Source of the DNA: Rhynchobatus australiae
Lineage: Eukaryota
NCBI GenBank assembly: GCA_034780895.1
Contig: JAUZTB010000011.1
Coordinates: forward strand, 35,988,624 to 36,052,623
Reading direction: 5' to 3'
Length of the DNA stretch: 64,000 nt
Shown here: positions 13,481 through 27,665 of the stretch, in pieces
Layout of the letters: every line of letters starts with the position of its first letter
Numbering within the stretch: position 1 is the first letter of the stretch
Program-made: the position numbers and the translations under genes
The notes under the pieces: model-generated
Database searches by the model: none
What the model was told of the DNA's origin: nothing
The model's input: only the letters and a program-made list of their open reading frames with translations

Positions 13481-13620
13481 GTGGAAATCTTAAAATAAAA
13501 ACAGAAAATGCTGGAGACACTCAGCAGGTCAGGCAGCATCCGAGGAAAGAGAAACAGGGTTAACGTTTCCACAAATGCTGCCCGACCGGCTGAGTGCTTC
13601 CTGCATTTTCTATTTTGTTC
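13481..13620. mobile_element. Palindromic mini-element made of two inverted Penelope-type termini
   Basis: AGAAAATGCTGGAGACACTCAGCAGGTCAGGCAGCAT ... ATGCTGCCCGACCGGCTGAGTGCTTCCTGCATTTTCT are near-complementary arms. Confidence 0.75.
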
Positions 13621-16019
13621 TATTTTACATAAGATAACTGAGTTGTCGTTATTTTTATGATATAGTCATTCTTATGATGGACGTACTGCTATATCTTAAT
13701 GATTCAAATACAATCTTCAATTTAAATTGGCTTTCTGTGATTTTAGCAGGTATCGAATCCCATTGCAATGAACAGTTTTCCTCATAGCTCATGGGAAAGT
13801 AGTAACTGGGTGAACGTGGCCAACATAACAATCCAGATATTGCTCAAGGAATCCCCATTCTGAGAACTTCACCCACTTCTACATAATTGGTTATTCGCTC
13901 TTTAGAGGTCTTGTCATTGTTGTGATGTCCAATAAAGTTTAAAATAAGTTCGTCTATTGCAAATATCAGAATTATTTCACATTATTTTAGGAACGCGCTG
14001 TATGTGGTGGTCACCACCTTTAAAAAAAATCAGGTTGAAGCCATATTTGATTAATAATCCATTCACTGCCAATTAAATTTTAATAACGTTTAAATTTTAG
14101 ATTTAGCCACAGGGCCTAGCAGTTCGCATGAATACGTCTGAAGATGTTTCCAACATTATTACAAACCACTGAAGGCAATAGCTAAGGTGAGTGAGGCGCT
14201 GGGCGGTGACTGAGTGAGCAACTATTGCATCTGAGTAGACTCCTGGGATGGACATTTTTCCCTCCGGTAAGTGTGGAAGTCCTTCTTGAACAGATTTAAG
14301 TAGTGACTTCAAATCCGAACAAATCTATCCACAGTTCATCACACTCTACTCCCCGGATTCCAACCCCCCTCCCCGCTCTCTGAACTCTCTCTTGCCAACC
14401 ACCACACCCGACCCCCCACCCCCATCACAAACCCCACTCCAAAAAGACTGGGTTTCAAGGTCTGTTTAAAACAGAACCATCTTACTTTTAAAATAGTAAG
14501 CACTCCGCCTTTGAAGTATGTGGGTGAATTTTGTGTGAATTAAGCTTCAGTGTTTAGATAAAGCGTCTTATAAACATCTTATGACAAAATGCATTCAATC
14601 ATTGTAATTATCTTTGGAAATTAAAATGCCAGTATATCAATGACTTGTGAGAGCTTTACCTTTTCATGGACGGATAGTTTCCCTTTATTTTGTTGCTTGG
14701 AAATTCACAGTTACTCCGCCGCTGATAATATCGCTAATTTCTACGCGCAGCTCTGCGTGTAACTTGCGCAGGCAAATAAGCACTACTTTTATTATAATAA
14801 CTGCCCAAAGATCAAAATTCCAGTGAAACGAAACACAACCTATAAAGTTAGGTTTAGATTTATGGACAATTACGGGCAGTTTGGAGTAAATGAAATGGTT
14901 GTTTACTCATGCCTCAACCCGCGGATAATTTATCAACTATAGTTGGTGACGGTGACCTGACACAACCTCTAAATGCAGAACTGAGTCGGGTACATGTCAA
15001 CATACTTTTTATCTCGAGAAATCCGTTCCAGGATGTCACCCAAAAGATAGTAGATGGTCATTATCGAGGGGGGGGGGTGTTTCTTTTAGACTATATTAAA
15101 TTTTCCCCACACGGTATATTGTATGATTCTTCATACTAGATCTAACTACTTCTCTCACATTATCCACTCTACTGTCCCAACTATCTGTACCACTCTGTCG
15201 CAGGATAATCCTGACTGTGAATGTAGAGTTTCTCGTACCCATTCCTCACAATGCATAATGCAAAAACAGATTTCTGCAGAATAGCTCTCTATGTAGGTAT
15301 GGGACGTAATCCTCACTGACTACGAAACTCTATATAGTATTCACAACCATGAATAACTATGTATTTTATATAATTTAGTTGGCCGCACAATTGATATTTT
15401 GTCATTAAATAATATTGTCATTGTAGGTTATATACGATTTCCCATACTATACATAATATCCGCAATATAACACGTTTTCAACATTTCAAATATCATTCTG
15501 TACATATATCACTCGCTATTTCATTAATTCTCATATCGTATGAATCCAATCGGTAAACAGTACATGAACCTCTCTCACATACTAACACAGTCCAACAATA
15601 CATAAACTGGAACTTGTGCTACAGAGCACAAGAAAGTGCATGGCATTTTTGGATGATATAGCAAACTGCTTGCCACATTGTATGTACCGTCCCTTTGCCA
15701 TACATAATATTCGGGTGAACATTTCTGATTGGATTGCTGGGAATCTGATGTTCAACACTGCATAGTTTATGAGGACCCCGCTGCTGGTGGGTATAACAGT
15801 TTGCTTGGGGCACAGAGAATTTAAGAGCCCGGTCATAACTGGGGAGAAGCATTGTGAAATACGCGGCAGTGTCTTCCAAAATTCCTTAAGAATATATTTT
15901 CACTGAATCTCCACCAAAATCCATAATCGTTCCGATTTAGAAGTGGAGTAGTGCACGTAAGGAAACACCACCAACACTCCAAGTTAAAAAAAACATTCTG
16001 AATTAGAAATACATCCCTC

Positions 16020-16190
16020 GGTTGGGTCGCTGGGACTAAATCCTGGAACTGCCTGCCCAACAGCACCGTGGAAGAGCCTTCATTAGAAGCAGCGGCTCAA
16101 GGAGGCCGTTCACATCACCTACTCAAGGGCAATTATAGATGGACAATAAATGCTGTGTTAGCCTGCGACGCCCATATTCGGTACCTGCAA
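16020..16190 (+). mobile_element. LINE/SINE 3' tail fragment
   Basis: CTGGGACTAAATCCTGGAACTGCCTGCCCAACAGCAC...CTCAAGGGCAATTATAGATGGACAATAAATGCTG...GCGACGCCCATAT; homologous to 24705-24875. Confidence 0.7.
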
Positions 16191-16298
16191 AAGAAAACAA
16201 GACTTACGTGATATCTGAAGCACAATTTCAAATTCTTTTGTCGCGACTATGCTGCTGATGAGAGGATTAACCAATTGAAAGTTATGCCCTGGTGATCA

Positions 16299-16317
16299 TG
16301 GCCGCTAGGTGCTGCTC
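16299..16317 (+). promoter_or_regulatory. Candidate CTCF site
   Basis: TGGCCGCTAGGTGCTGCTC within a short GC-rich patch; partial mismatch in the GGC part of the core. Confidence 0.4.
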
Positions 16318-16429
16318 AGCAGAAGGGGCCACTGCAGTGGGACCGCGGCAGGCACATGGAGCTCAAGGCCCCGATCTGCCTTTTCAGTAACAGGTGGGCA
16401 AAGGGAGACGAATAGAGAAGGGGACAAGG

Positions 16430-16745
16430 ATCGGATGGCGGTGCGATGGGTAAATGCAACAAGCAATCGCGAGAACTGAATTCAAATTCGAACATAGTAT
16501 TCTTGGCATTAAAACTCAATTCATCATATGGAACGACAGTAAACCAATGATGTCCATGAAGCCACCGAGGCATTTGGGTTTCATTAATGCCCGCTAGGGA
16601 AGGAAACCGGCAATCCTTACCTGGTCTGGCCTGTATGCGATTCCAGACCAACAGCAAAGTTGTTGTCTCCGAAGTGACCTAGCCAGCCATAAAGGAAGCC
16701 AATAAATGCTGGTCTTGCCATTGATGCCCATATCCTGAAATAAAT
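16430..16745 (+). mobile_element. Decayed tRNA-derived SINE (same family as 805-1240)
   Basis: TAGGGAAGGAAACCGGCAATCCTTACCTGGTCTGGCCTG...AATAAATGCTGGTCTTGCCATTGATGCCCATATCC. Confidence 0.7.
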
Positions 16746-18704
16746 ACATGTAGACTTCCAGATAATGTACAGAATATAATATAGAGTAAATCGCAAAGCT
16801 CTGGCATGGCATGAAAGTTGTTAAGTTCATTCTTTCTGGTGATTTATCTAAAGAGGGAACGATATTTGTAGTTAATACACATGTAAAATAGCTTAGCAAT
16901 ATTATTCTTTCAACGGTTCGATAGACGCAATCTATCCCGGCCAGCATACGCACATTGATTGCTCAAAGTTTACTCGATTGTCGCAGATGATATAAGTATC
17001 AACGTCTCACCACATGCACGTGTCTGTTAATGTTCACGTTCGGTGCAGCATTGGTACCACTGCAACCCGGTCTCTCAAGTCACAAATCCACATGCATCTA
17101 AGAATGGCAAGGAGGCCACTCTACCCGTCCCGTCTGCACAGGCTAATTAAAGAGCTGCCAAATTAGAATCCTCACTTCTTCCCTATCCTTAATTACTTTT
17201 CCCTTTTGCGCACGTTCCCTGCTCAAGGAATATGGCGAGGACAAAAGATTTTTCAAAATTATGTAAAAAAGGTTAATCTAGAGAAAAACTAAATGCATGA
17301 ATGTGTTAAATTGAAATATTCATTTGACTATGCAATTGAAAATGGAGGTTAAACCGAATTAGATAAAGGAAAAAAACAATGTTGGAGCCTAGTTTAACAA
17401 TTATCAACTACTCAGGCTTAGCGTACGATTGATTTAAAACTAGGGGTTGTCATCATCGAAAGTCTTCTTCCATACACAAGCGAGAATTTCATACTTCAAG
17501 TATATTGACTTTTTAAAATATATACAATGAAAAACGTGCAAGTTTCGTGATACAATAGCCCATTAGATTAAATGAGCAATTTATATTGTATTGCAATTTC
17601 TCCATCTTTTGGTATTTCAATTAAATTCAATATTTGTTGTATAGCAATGTCAAGGAATTGGATGGTATTTTGTTTTTACATGCTGAGCCTTATCTTACCG
17701 AGTATAGAATGACTGTATATACTTTTGGCTAGATATTAGTTCCAGTAGAATTATTCGAACAAAATGCTCATGCAATATATTGTTTGGCACTATGATTTCA
17801 AGTATTTACCAACATATTGACTGCTATAACTTATTTGTATTTTGGAATAAGATGCTAGTCTGGTGCTACTGATTGAACATAGTCCATGTGAGTTAAAGAT
17901 AGTATGTCGTCTGTATGTGCGTACGGTAGGCGTGCTTATGTGTGCCCATCTCCCGACCATATTTGGCTTTATTTCCGTCCGGTTTGTGGCCATAAGGTTG
18001 TCATTTTATGTGACTAAAGGAGACTAACAGGTTACATTTGGTGTTCATTGGTCTCCAACATCACCAATTATTGTCAACCTGTCGCCTTGCTCTGAGGCCA
18101 TATCTACAGAAAGCTCTGTACACACGATGATGTAAATTTACTCAGACCACTCATTCGGCATCGTGTGTTAATACTCTGGACTACCACGAACGTTGTAACA
18201 ACATCATCACATGCAACATAGGTCTGAATGTAAGCACGGTGTGGATCACTGTGGTTATTTGTTTCAACAGGAAGCGCCGATGTTCTGCTGCAGGAGAAGT
18301 GTGATTCAGAGAGCTTCAGGATCTCACCTCGTATTGTGTCTGCTTGGAAAAAGACTTCGTTTAGTTTGTAACTCATTCGAAACACAATATATTGTTAAAG
18401 GACGTGTTTGCTGCACAATCCCACTGCTCCCGAACGATACGACCAGAGTTTTGACCATGGTGTAAAACTATTTTGCTTCATGGAACAGGGGTGGCCACCA
18501 TAGTATGCTGTTATACGCTTAGCATGTGCCCGGGAGTACTGCAAAGATCTATCAGCAAGGTTTATAACCTCTGGGATTGACTCCTGTTTCTCTAAGCACC
18601 AGTTGATAACTTGTGTCCCATTGACCCACACCAAACACCATTCGCATAGGAAGGCTAATTTGACACATTTTTCCAAGGAAAAGTATGTTTATCATTCTTA
18701 CGGA

Positions 18705-18905
18705 GGCACAAAGACTGAAGGTGCTAGAATCTGCAGCAAAATAAAACCAAACTGCTGGAGGAACTCAGCGGGTAAGACAGCATCCGTGAAAGGAAATGGG
18801 GATTCGTCCTTTCGGGATATCGACCCCGAAACATGGACCGCCCGTCCCTCTCCACAGATGCTGCCTGACCCGCTGAGTTCCTTCAGAAGTTTTTTTAAAA
18901 AATAT
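18705..18905. mobile_element. Palindromic Penelope-terminus mini-element
   Basis: CTGGAGGAACTCAGCGGGTAAGACAGCATCCGTG ... CACAGATGCTGCCTGACCCGCTGAGTTCCTTCAG as inverted arms, with central TTTCGGG/CCCGAAA. Confidence 0.75.
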
Positions 18906-21900
18906 TCTTTCAATACTTAAAGCCACTTTATAAAACGAGGATGCCATATACCTGTGCAAAATTTGATCCATTGTTTGCTACCTCCTGATCTTCGGCTAAT
19001 GCCATAAGTGTTTGCAAGGCTCCTGACATAACTGGGATTTCAAGAGAACACATTAGGCCCTGGTGTATACTTCTCAGGCAGGCGCATGAGACATAAATTC
19101 TTCAACTGAAATGTTATAGTTAAGTTAAAATAGTTTCCTCTGAAATGGTAAATTTACTGCTACTGTGTTGTTTCTTAGTTTCGAAAAGCGAGCTATGTAT
19201 TATACATCTGTACCAGAAAGGTCTAAGATTAGAAAGAGCAATCGGAACGCAGCTTGCTCGACCTTCCATCTGTACTGTGCAGCTTGTCTTAAAACCTAAA
19301 TCTCTCATTTAACGTATGCCCACAAACGGAAGCTGGCTATTGACTGAACTTTACCCAGTTTTCTTATGTATTGTAATCTCTATCCGGAGGTGGATGGTGC
19401 TTGAGTGATTTTGTATGAAAACTAATTGCGTTAAAATGCAAAATGCAAGGATTGGTGGGCTCATGCCAGCGTTGTGGACAGTGGCCATTGATATTTGTCT
19501 CCTAGAAATAACAACAGATTTTTCCCCTCAATTCTCAAAATACTTTTCCTTTAAAAGAAGTATCAGCCTAATTCTAGTATGCTGTATATTATTAGTAAGG
19601 AAAATGGGAAGGGGGCGGATATTCGTAATGACACACATTTAAAAATTAGAATGTTATTGGGGAAATAATATTGTAATTGAGGTACATAACTACAAGGGCA
19701 CATCCAGATAGAAAGGTTTTCGCGTAGTTTAAAGATATGGTAATGTAGCAAAATTAAAGCCGATGATAACGTTCACCGAATTTAAAATCCAACAGATAAA
19801 AGGATGGTCAAACACTGCATTTTGCTTGCGCTGATTGAACTCCCACAAGAATTTTGTGAACTGTGGTCTTCGCTGAAAGGTTGCTGCACGTCGAAATGTT
19901 TCTGATCCAAACGCAGGTGGATTGCAGTGGCCGCGATTATATCACTTCCTCCAAATCCCTCATGCATCTAAAAACTCAATTTTTCCCAAACAGTTGCGCA
20001 ATATTCAAGAACGACCATCTTTGATCAACTGTGGGTGTTCCCTGATGTACTGAGCGGCTTAAGCAATCCATACAACATGGCTCACCAGTGTCAACGTAAT
20101 TTCGAAATAGATCTCAAAATTCCACGTACCTGTTCAGCATATTCTTGACCTGCCGTATGTACCACCGGGAAATCTGAACCAGGACATAATGGAGTTATGG
20201 CAAAGACCATCTGTTGTTCATGGTGAGGAACAATCTATGAAAAAGTGCGCCGTTAAGCATCCATCCAAGCATTTCACACCGTCACGCTCAATGTCACAAT
20301 AAAACCAAGGTGTAAGACTCACTGTTAACAGTACGAACTTGAATGTTGTCCAGTATTCCAACCATTAAAACACACAGTGCCTCATGGCGTCTGTGTTCAA
20401 GGCGTATGCACAGTCTACTGGTTAGGTGATGCACACAGGTACATCGAACCATATGTTTATTGGTAAGAATATAGGTCTGCTAATTCCCCGTGTACATTTC
20501 ATCCCATATTACCGTATTTGGGTGCATGTTAACGAACGCTACAGCTCTCTATAGAGCACGAAATTACAGGACTCATCTGNNNNNNNNNNNNNNNNNNNNN
20601 NNNNNNNNNNNNNNNNNNNNNNNNNNNNNNNNNNNNNNNNNNNNNNNNNNNNNNNNNNNNNNNNNNNNNNNNNNNNNNNATCTGTTTTGATTGGAACTTG
20701 TGTTGACTCAGTTGATATGGGAGTCAATCCGTATCAGTTCCAGACTATCTTTCTTTCTGTTGATAAAAAATAGCCTCACAACAGTTCATGCGTACACACA
20801 AATACAAATACTACCAACAGTTAACAATCACCTACCAGATCAATCTCAGAACAGTGTTTTACCGGCCACAGAGTTCCCTAATGCTCAATGTGATTGTTAT
20901 CATCAGGTTTTAATAATCTCTGAAACGTGTATTCATTTTAACGTAAATTGTGACAGTAAAATAATCAACGAATCGGATTATTTAACTTCAAAAGCTGATT
21001 ATAAATGCATATTGAATAGTAAATACGAGAATATTAAGCCATTATTCGCCATCCGAGAGTAATCGCCCAGTGACTCATATATGCAATAAAAAGCTGGAGA
21101 AAGTAATTTCTATTTGTTCAATAAACTAAGAAAATACTATCTATGAGGAAGTTAACTTACATTGGAAGATACCTGGAAACACTTAAATAGCAATGTCGTA
21201 TGGTTTAATTTGTATAGGAATCTATGGTGAAAGGGTTAAACAGCTCTGGGGCTTGTTTGATGTTTCAAATATTATCTCCCCTCCCCCATCCTCTACTCTG
21301 TCACGTTTGCCTTTCTCGCCAGAATTCGTCTGACTTTGACAACCTTGTTCTCCACGAACTGATTCTCCACACTGACCGATACTGGAGTCATCCTCGACAA
21401 AAATAAAACACTGGAAATAATTGAATATTTGAAAGTATCACAGCAATAATTAAGCCCACAATCTCATATAAAACAGGATCAAAAAAGATTCGAGTAACTT
21501 GACATCTGGTCGAATCCATTATTTCGTTTATCATGTTTCAATATGGATTTAGGCAAGGCTACGATTAAAGTGGGGAAATGAAACATTATGAGAGGTTTAA
21601 GCACCTTGTCACGACGTACATTTACGCTCTTTTAAAGTGGATCTTTATAGTGAGAATATACACAGCGAACTTAATCGTTCTGCAAATAGTACAACGATGG
21701 ACAGTGCTCGCAATTAAGGAAGTATTGAGGTTTGTTTATACATGTTGAGCATTTGTTATTAGAAACCACACAAAAAAAACAAGGATGTGGTTGTATTAAT
21801 TTGGTAATCAGAAACTACATAAACTGGATAAATCAAGCCACAAACTCCAGAAGTATATCTTTAAGGTCTGCAATAAAGTCTGTATAAAGTCAATTTGTCT

Positions 21901-24704
21901 CCCCACTGGATGCAACAGAGCAGTTTGAACAAAAGAGCTCTCTACCTTTGTGGAGCTGTGCGGGAATCTTTTCAGAGCCGGCTGATCCCGCACGGGTCAC
22001 CGAATTCATTCGCTAAAAACTTCTATATTTTTCTTTGAGGTTTTTTTTAGTACAATTGCACTGTATCACTTCAGGCCCAGATCGATTACGTTGTTCCATC
22101 TAACAATTACTTTAGATCGGTAAAGATCCACGAATGGTCTTACGCTATTTTAATTATCGGACCATTAGAACAAATGAGGAGACCTGGCCATAGAACGAGA
22201 AATCCGAACAATTGTGTAATTTCAGCTGTACGCTTTAATAATATGTAAGATGAAATATGTTGATCTATCAAGTCAGTATATAGCTGCCTCTAGGCAATAA
22301 TTTAACTACCACATCTATGCATAGTCATGCCTTGGCTCTTACACATTCAAGTCTTCAACAACACGAATTATGTGATTTTAATACAAAACCAACTTGAATG
22401 TGGCAAATTAAATACAGACATTTAAAGGGATGCGGTGTAGTAGGCATTGCGCGTTTGTGGCGTTAGTTTCTGCAATCATTCTAAAAGTAGCGATCAATGA
22501 AAGGAACATATGAGGTAAATAAGAATTAGGTATGATTCGGAAGTTAAAAATCAACCGACACAATATACAGTCATGCACAGAAAACTGTCACTTTAAATGC
22601 CTTAGTTAGAAATCTCGCGGGGTTTTATGGAGGTTTAGCACAACACTCGGATTCAGGCCCGAAGTGTAAATGTTTCCCCACCAGATGGAGTGACCTGTTC
22701 AATTACTACCAAGTCTGGGCAAGCACACAATTCTTTTTCACTAGTCAATCTGTAACACTCTGCATGAGAAGCTATCTAAAGAACACCACGCATCATACAG
22801 CAAGAAAAACCAGAGAGCACTGCACCATGCCAAGTCAAGTCTCTAAAATCAACTTCATAGTCCATTTTTAGAAATAAATCTAATGGTAGAGAACAGTTTA
22901 TTACCAAAAAAGTGATGCTACTGAAGAGTATGGTGTATTCTCCCCGATATCTGCCGTGTTAATAATATAAACTTCATTGAGTTTCGAAGTTCTGAACTTA
23001 TCTGCAGCTTTGAATTTACATTCACTACAATCAAGTGAACATGGGAAATTATTGTTCCATTGTTATTCTTCACCCAAAAAGTAATATAAAAATTCACTTT
23101 ATTTCAACTCCGCTAGAATTTAGTTGCTAAGCAACCGGTGCCAGCTAATCGATCGGAGAAATGAGATTTTTTTTAAGGCTGCTGCTTTTTAATGAATGGT
23201 CGAAACCTGGAAAACAACTTGCAGTATGGGCAGCATCTGTCTTACGTGAAGGCAGTGGAAACTCTTGGCAAGACCCCTTGCAATACGCCAGCACCGGTTA
23301 AGACAGATTCCCCAGATCTTGGCCATCTTCCGTGCAGCAAGGATGCAGACCACGTTAGGCTGAAAAAATTGCAACATTTTGTCAGATACATTTCTTTTCT
23401 GCCTGTAATTGGGAGTGTGTATCGATTAAAATAAAGTAAATTGCACGTACAAACCTGTGCATTGCACTGCTATTTTTTCCAAAGAGGAGGGAGTGGGTGG
23501 GTCAGTGGGAGGTTGGAACAGCTGAAACTGTAGCATTTATTGCAATGGGAACAGAGGCAGACTAAGTAGAATGGAAGCACTTTGACTTGAGCCCAGATGG
23601 GCTTTCATGGCGATTCGCAATTAAAATGCAGATCAGTTTAACGAGACACAAATATACACCTGCGCTTAAATGTGACTACTGCATATGGCTTCCAACATAA
23701 CCCTTATTTGAAAAGTTAAAGATTTTCGTATATAAAACAACTCTGTTTCGTGCTTCCACCTTTCTGTTCTCAACATTAAAAATTCTATCAATTTGATCTC
23801 CATTTGCAGTAAGAAGATCACTCCGAGTATTAGGTATGCATACCATGCATTTTTTTAAAACAAGCTTTACAATAACGAAACTCAACCATGGGAACACTCA
23901 TTAGCCAATGCCGCTTCCCCAAGCCTAAGACCTATTCTTTCACAGCACCTTCTGCCACTTGCGTGTAACATGTTGTCAAACTGTTGCGTAGATTAAGTTA
24001 CGACATACCTTGCTAATGCAAGAGAATTAACTAGAAACTAATATACTCATTCCACCCCTAAACTCGAATATCAAACCGCAGAATGTGTTCAGCTAACCAC
24101 TAATATTTGTTTTCTGGCGCCGTTTCTGATCCATTTATAAAGTAGCACAACTTATGCTCAGATGTCAGTTTCATATATAGCTCTCGAGTCGGTCCAAGTT
24201 AAGCAAAAAAAAAGGGAAGCATACTACTGGCAGTTCGTTTAAAAAATGAGCCGAATATATTACAAATATTTCAACTTTTTTTTCCCCAAGGAAATTGGTG
24301 GAAATACTACGCGGATTAATTCCCACCTTGTGAAATGGGAAACTTGCGTAAGAATGCAAGCTCAATTGAATAAGTTCTGTACAAGATACACCTGTTGCAG
24401 CAGCTTGTGAGTTTTGATCAATTAACATTTAAGTTGGCAGCACGGCTCCAACATGTGCTTGTGAGGTAAATTCAGAATGTTCTTATAACTTTTTTTTTAA
24501 AAAAAAGATTAAACCTCACTCAAAAACGGATAGGGAAAGCATTTTTGGAATATCGCCTAATTTTAAACAACCGCTAGTTATTTTGAAACTTACCTCACCT
24601 CAACAATTTACTTCGCTCTCTCGTGACAGTTGCACTTAAAGGCGAATACATTTCAACGGGTGAAAGCGGCAGCATTGACTGTCCAAACATAAGGTGTACT
24701 TTAG

Positions 24705-24875
24705 AATACTGGGTCGAAAGCCTGGCACTATCTTTCCGAAAGCGCTGTGCGGTTACTTCATCGCAACAACAGCAGCGATTCAAGGAGGCTGCTCAGCACC
24801 ACCTGCTCAAGGGCAGTGCGGGATGGACAATAAATGCCGGTCTTCTAGCGACACCCACATCCCGCAAATGAATAT
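24705..24875 (+). mobile_element. LINE/SINE 3' tail fragment
   Basis: TTCAAGGAGGCTGCTCAGCACCACCTGCTCAAGGGCAGTGCGGGATGGACAATAAATGCCGG...GCGACACCCACATCCC; same family as 16020-16190. Confidence 0.7.
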
Positions 24876-27665
24876 ATAATAATCACAACCATTCGCAGAA
24901 TAAATAGAACATGACGTAAGCAGAGACAGTAATATGTATAATTGAAATACAGGCACTCTATGTTGTGTTTGTGCGTGTATTTCAATGCTCCCACAATTTC
25001 TGCACATGTACACCAATATTCTAACACGTCCAGCGAATAATTGATAGGCAAATATTTTGAAACTGGGAAGAAGGAGACAGTTGGGGCTTCCATAATAAGA
25101 TAGCCAGAAAACAGACGATGCGTCTGAGAAATTGTGAGTCGCTGGTCAACAGAGGACAGCTAATGTGTCACCGAAAGATACAGGTAAAGGAGATAGAAAT
25201 TAATGCAGGTTAACAAGGGACCTTTCTGCAAGAATACTTCTTGTAATTATATACATTCCATTTCAAATGGAAATAATAAAGGAAAATATAAAAAATAATT
25301 GCTGAGAAAATGCGATGATAAAACAAATTCGAAAGCGGTTTAAATGAGTACCTAGATCCAATCTGTTGGGGTAATATCAAACAGTTTAAAGTTTGCCACC
25401 TAGAAATATATTTTATTATTTATTACACTTTATCTTTGATTCTGCATTTTCTCACATACTTCAATTATTTGTCCAACGGGTCGTCACAGAATTGAGTGCT
25501 GTTCGGGATTTGGTTCAAACAGGGCCTTAAATAGAACTTCTCCGGAATAAATTGAACTAATATGGAAAAGAGCGGAACAGTGTTTCTTATTTCATGCAAT
25601 TCTCCAGTGGCTCTTCTGCTATCTAATGGAACACTTATAAGTAATCCAACGTCAACGCTTCATTTCCTCCAAAACATCAAACTTACAAAATCAGATGTTG
25701 GCCTAAGTTTCGGACGCTTTAATCGCTCGGGACTGACACATAAATCATTCGGGATTCCACTCTTTCTTGAATACACAAATTATCATTCTGCTGGAGAGTT
25801 CATACAGTTCTGATAATTTCCTAACAAGCAGCCCCCTTCATATGCGTAAAAAGAAAGGATTTTCGGAATCACATATTATTATTTGCTAACAAGAGTCTAT
25901 CTTACTGACAAGCCTAATGTTCCCATAGTCCCCACTATTCATTAGTATCACTATGCCACTTATCAGCGCGGTTCCTAGTGACCATAAGTGCCGAGAAACG
26001 TTTCTATTCGGGAGTTAACAACTTCTGGTATTGTGATCTGGAATTCCCAGTACAACGCTGCGCTGACCCACAACTTCCTATTGGTACACGGCGCATACAC
26101 AGGTCTTCATAAACTAAAACAACGGCAGTAGAATATAATAGCAAAATGATCATACATTCCGAGATCTAACTGTAATATAGCACTTCACTGACGTCACATG
26201 CCGAGCTGTTCAAAGAAAGAATATAATCCAGAGCATGCCAACAACCTAACATGTGTTGTCACCTCGTGTGATTATTTTGTATTTTAAAACAATAACGAAT
26301 CTCTGCACCAAGCATCTCGCTACATCAATCTCCTCCACACCTCACACCATCAGGAACGTTCTGACAGTCGAAAATATTTAGACTGGATTATACGTATTGT
26401 TTCAGAATATACAGAAAAGGCAGAATCACAATAGCACCGCACATCAATGTCAGCCAGGCATTGGCGAAAAAAAACGTTAAACTATCAAATAGTAGGAAAG
26501 AGGATATTCTGAAATATTGCACGGCGTGTATTTTTGATTACTTCTAAACACATTTCTCATGCATGAAGCTTATATCGGCGAACAGAAATGTAATATATAT
26601 AATAGTAATATACTTGTAATTCTCATCTGTATTTTTAGTAAGACGCCACTGGTATAAAGCATGAAAGGATGCTTGTGGGGAAAAAAAAACACTGAACAAC
26701 AGAGAACCCTGCTATAAATCAAAGCGGCTTACGACCTTTGTCTACAGGTAAGTAAAATATTAAACGCCATTAAACGCTTTCATGATGGTCTATAATTTTA
26801 TTTTATTATATTCCCTGCATATGATACGTGGTTTACCTTTAGAGCTGTATTGGGAATTTTTAGGTAAAACGCCTTTAATTAAATATATTCAGACGTCCTT
26901 GTTCTACTGNNNNTTGCTTTTGAAATACAGAGCAAACCAGTCTAAACTCTATAAACACAACCATTCAATGAAACTGTGACCTGCGGATGAACCTCTTTTT
27001 GAAATTTCATTTACCACCCCCAGTTAAACAGCTCTGATATGTTTCTTTCGAATAAATAACTCCACATTTAAACCGCCCGATTAAAGTCCAATATTTTTGA
27101 CAAGGTTATTTGTTTTGTTTTTAAAAAGATGGCAAACCAATGGCGTAGGAAAATCATGCAAACTCAATAGAACAGAAGCTGAGGCTTGTTGTGCTCTCCG
27201 TTTTGAAAACTCTATAAAACGCAGAAAGCAGATACAGGGCAATCATCCAAACTCATCAGAGGACTTAAGCGTGATTAAAAGCCTATCTGTGTATGATAAC
27301 ATGGAAAATAGACTCTAATTAAATTTCATTAAGAAAATCATAACTTATTTTTAAAGTAAACCATCCTTTCAAAATAAAATAAAACGTGTACTGTTTAAAA
27401 CTAAAACTATATTAAATATCAAAGCCTGGTTGAATCATACACCATTGAATTTATGGTTCATAAATAAATTCTCTATTTACCCTGGACTAACACTTTTCTT
27501 CAACAGAATCCAACTGTTATTGTACACCAGACACACGNNNNNNNNNNNNNNNNNNNNNNNNNNNNNNNNNNNNNNNNNNNNNNNNNNNNNNNNNNNNNNN
27601 NNNNNNNNNNNNNNNNNNNNNNNNNNNNNNNNNNNNNAGCCATAAAATCGTTTGACTCTAACAAA

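Noticed and set aside
12501-14990. Shared 13-mer GCAGAACTGAGTC at ~12502 and ~14975
   Set aside because: Too short, with no extension; compatible with chance in 64 kb.
24791-24810. REST/NRSE-like CTCAGCACCA
   Set aside because: Only the left half-site is present, and it is part of a retroelement tail.
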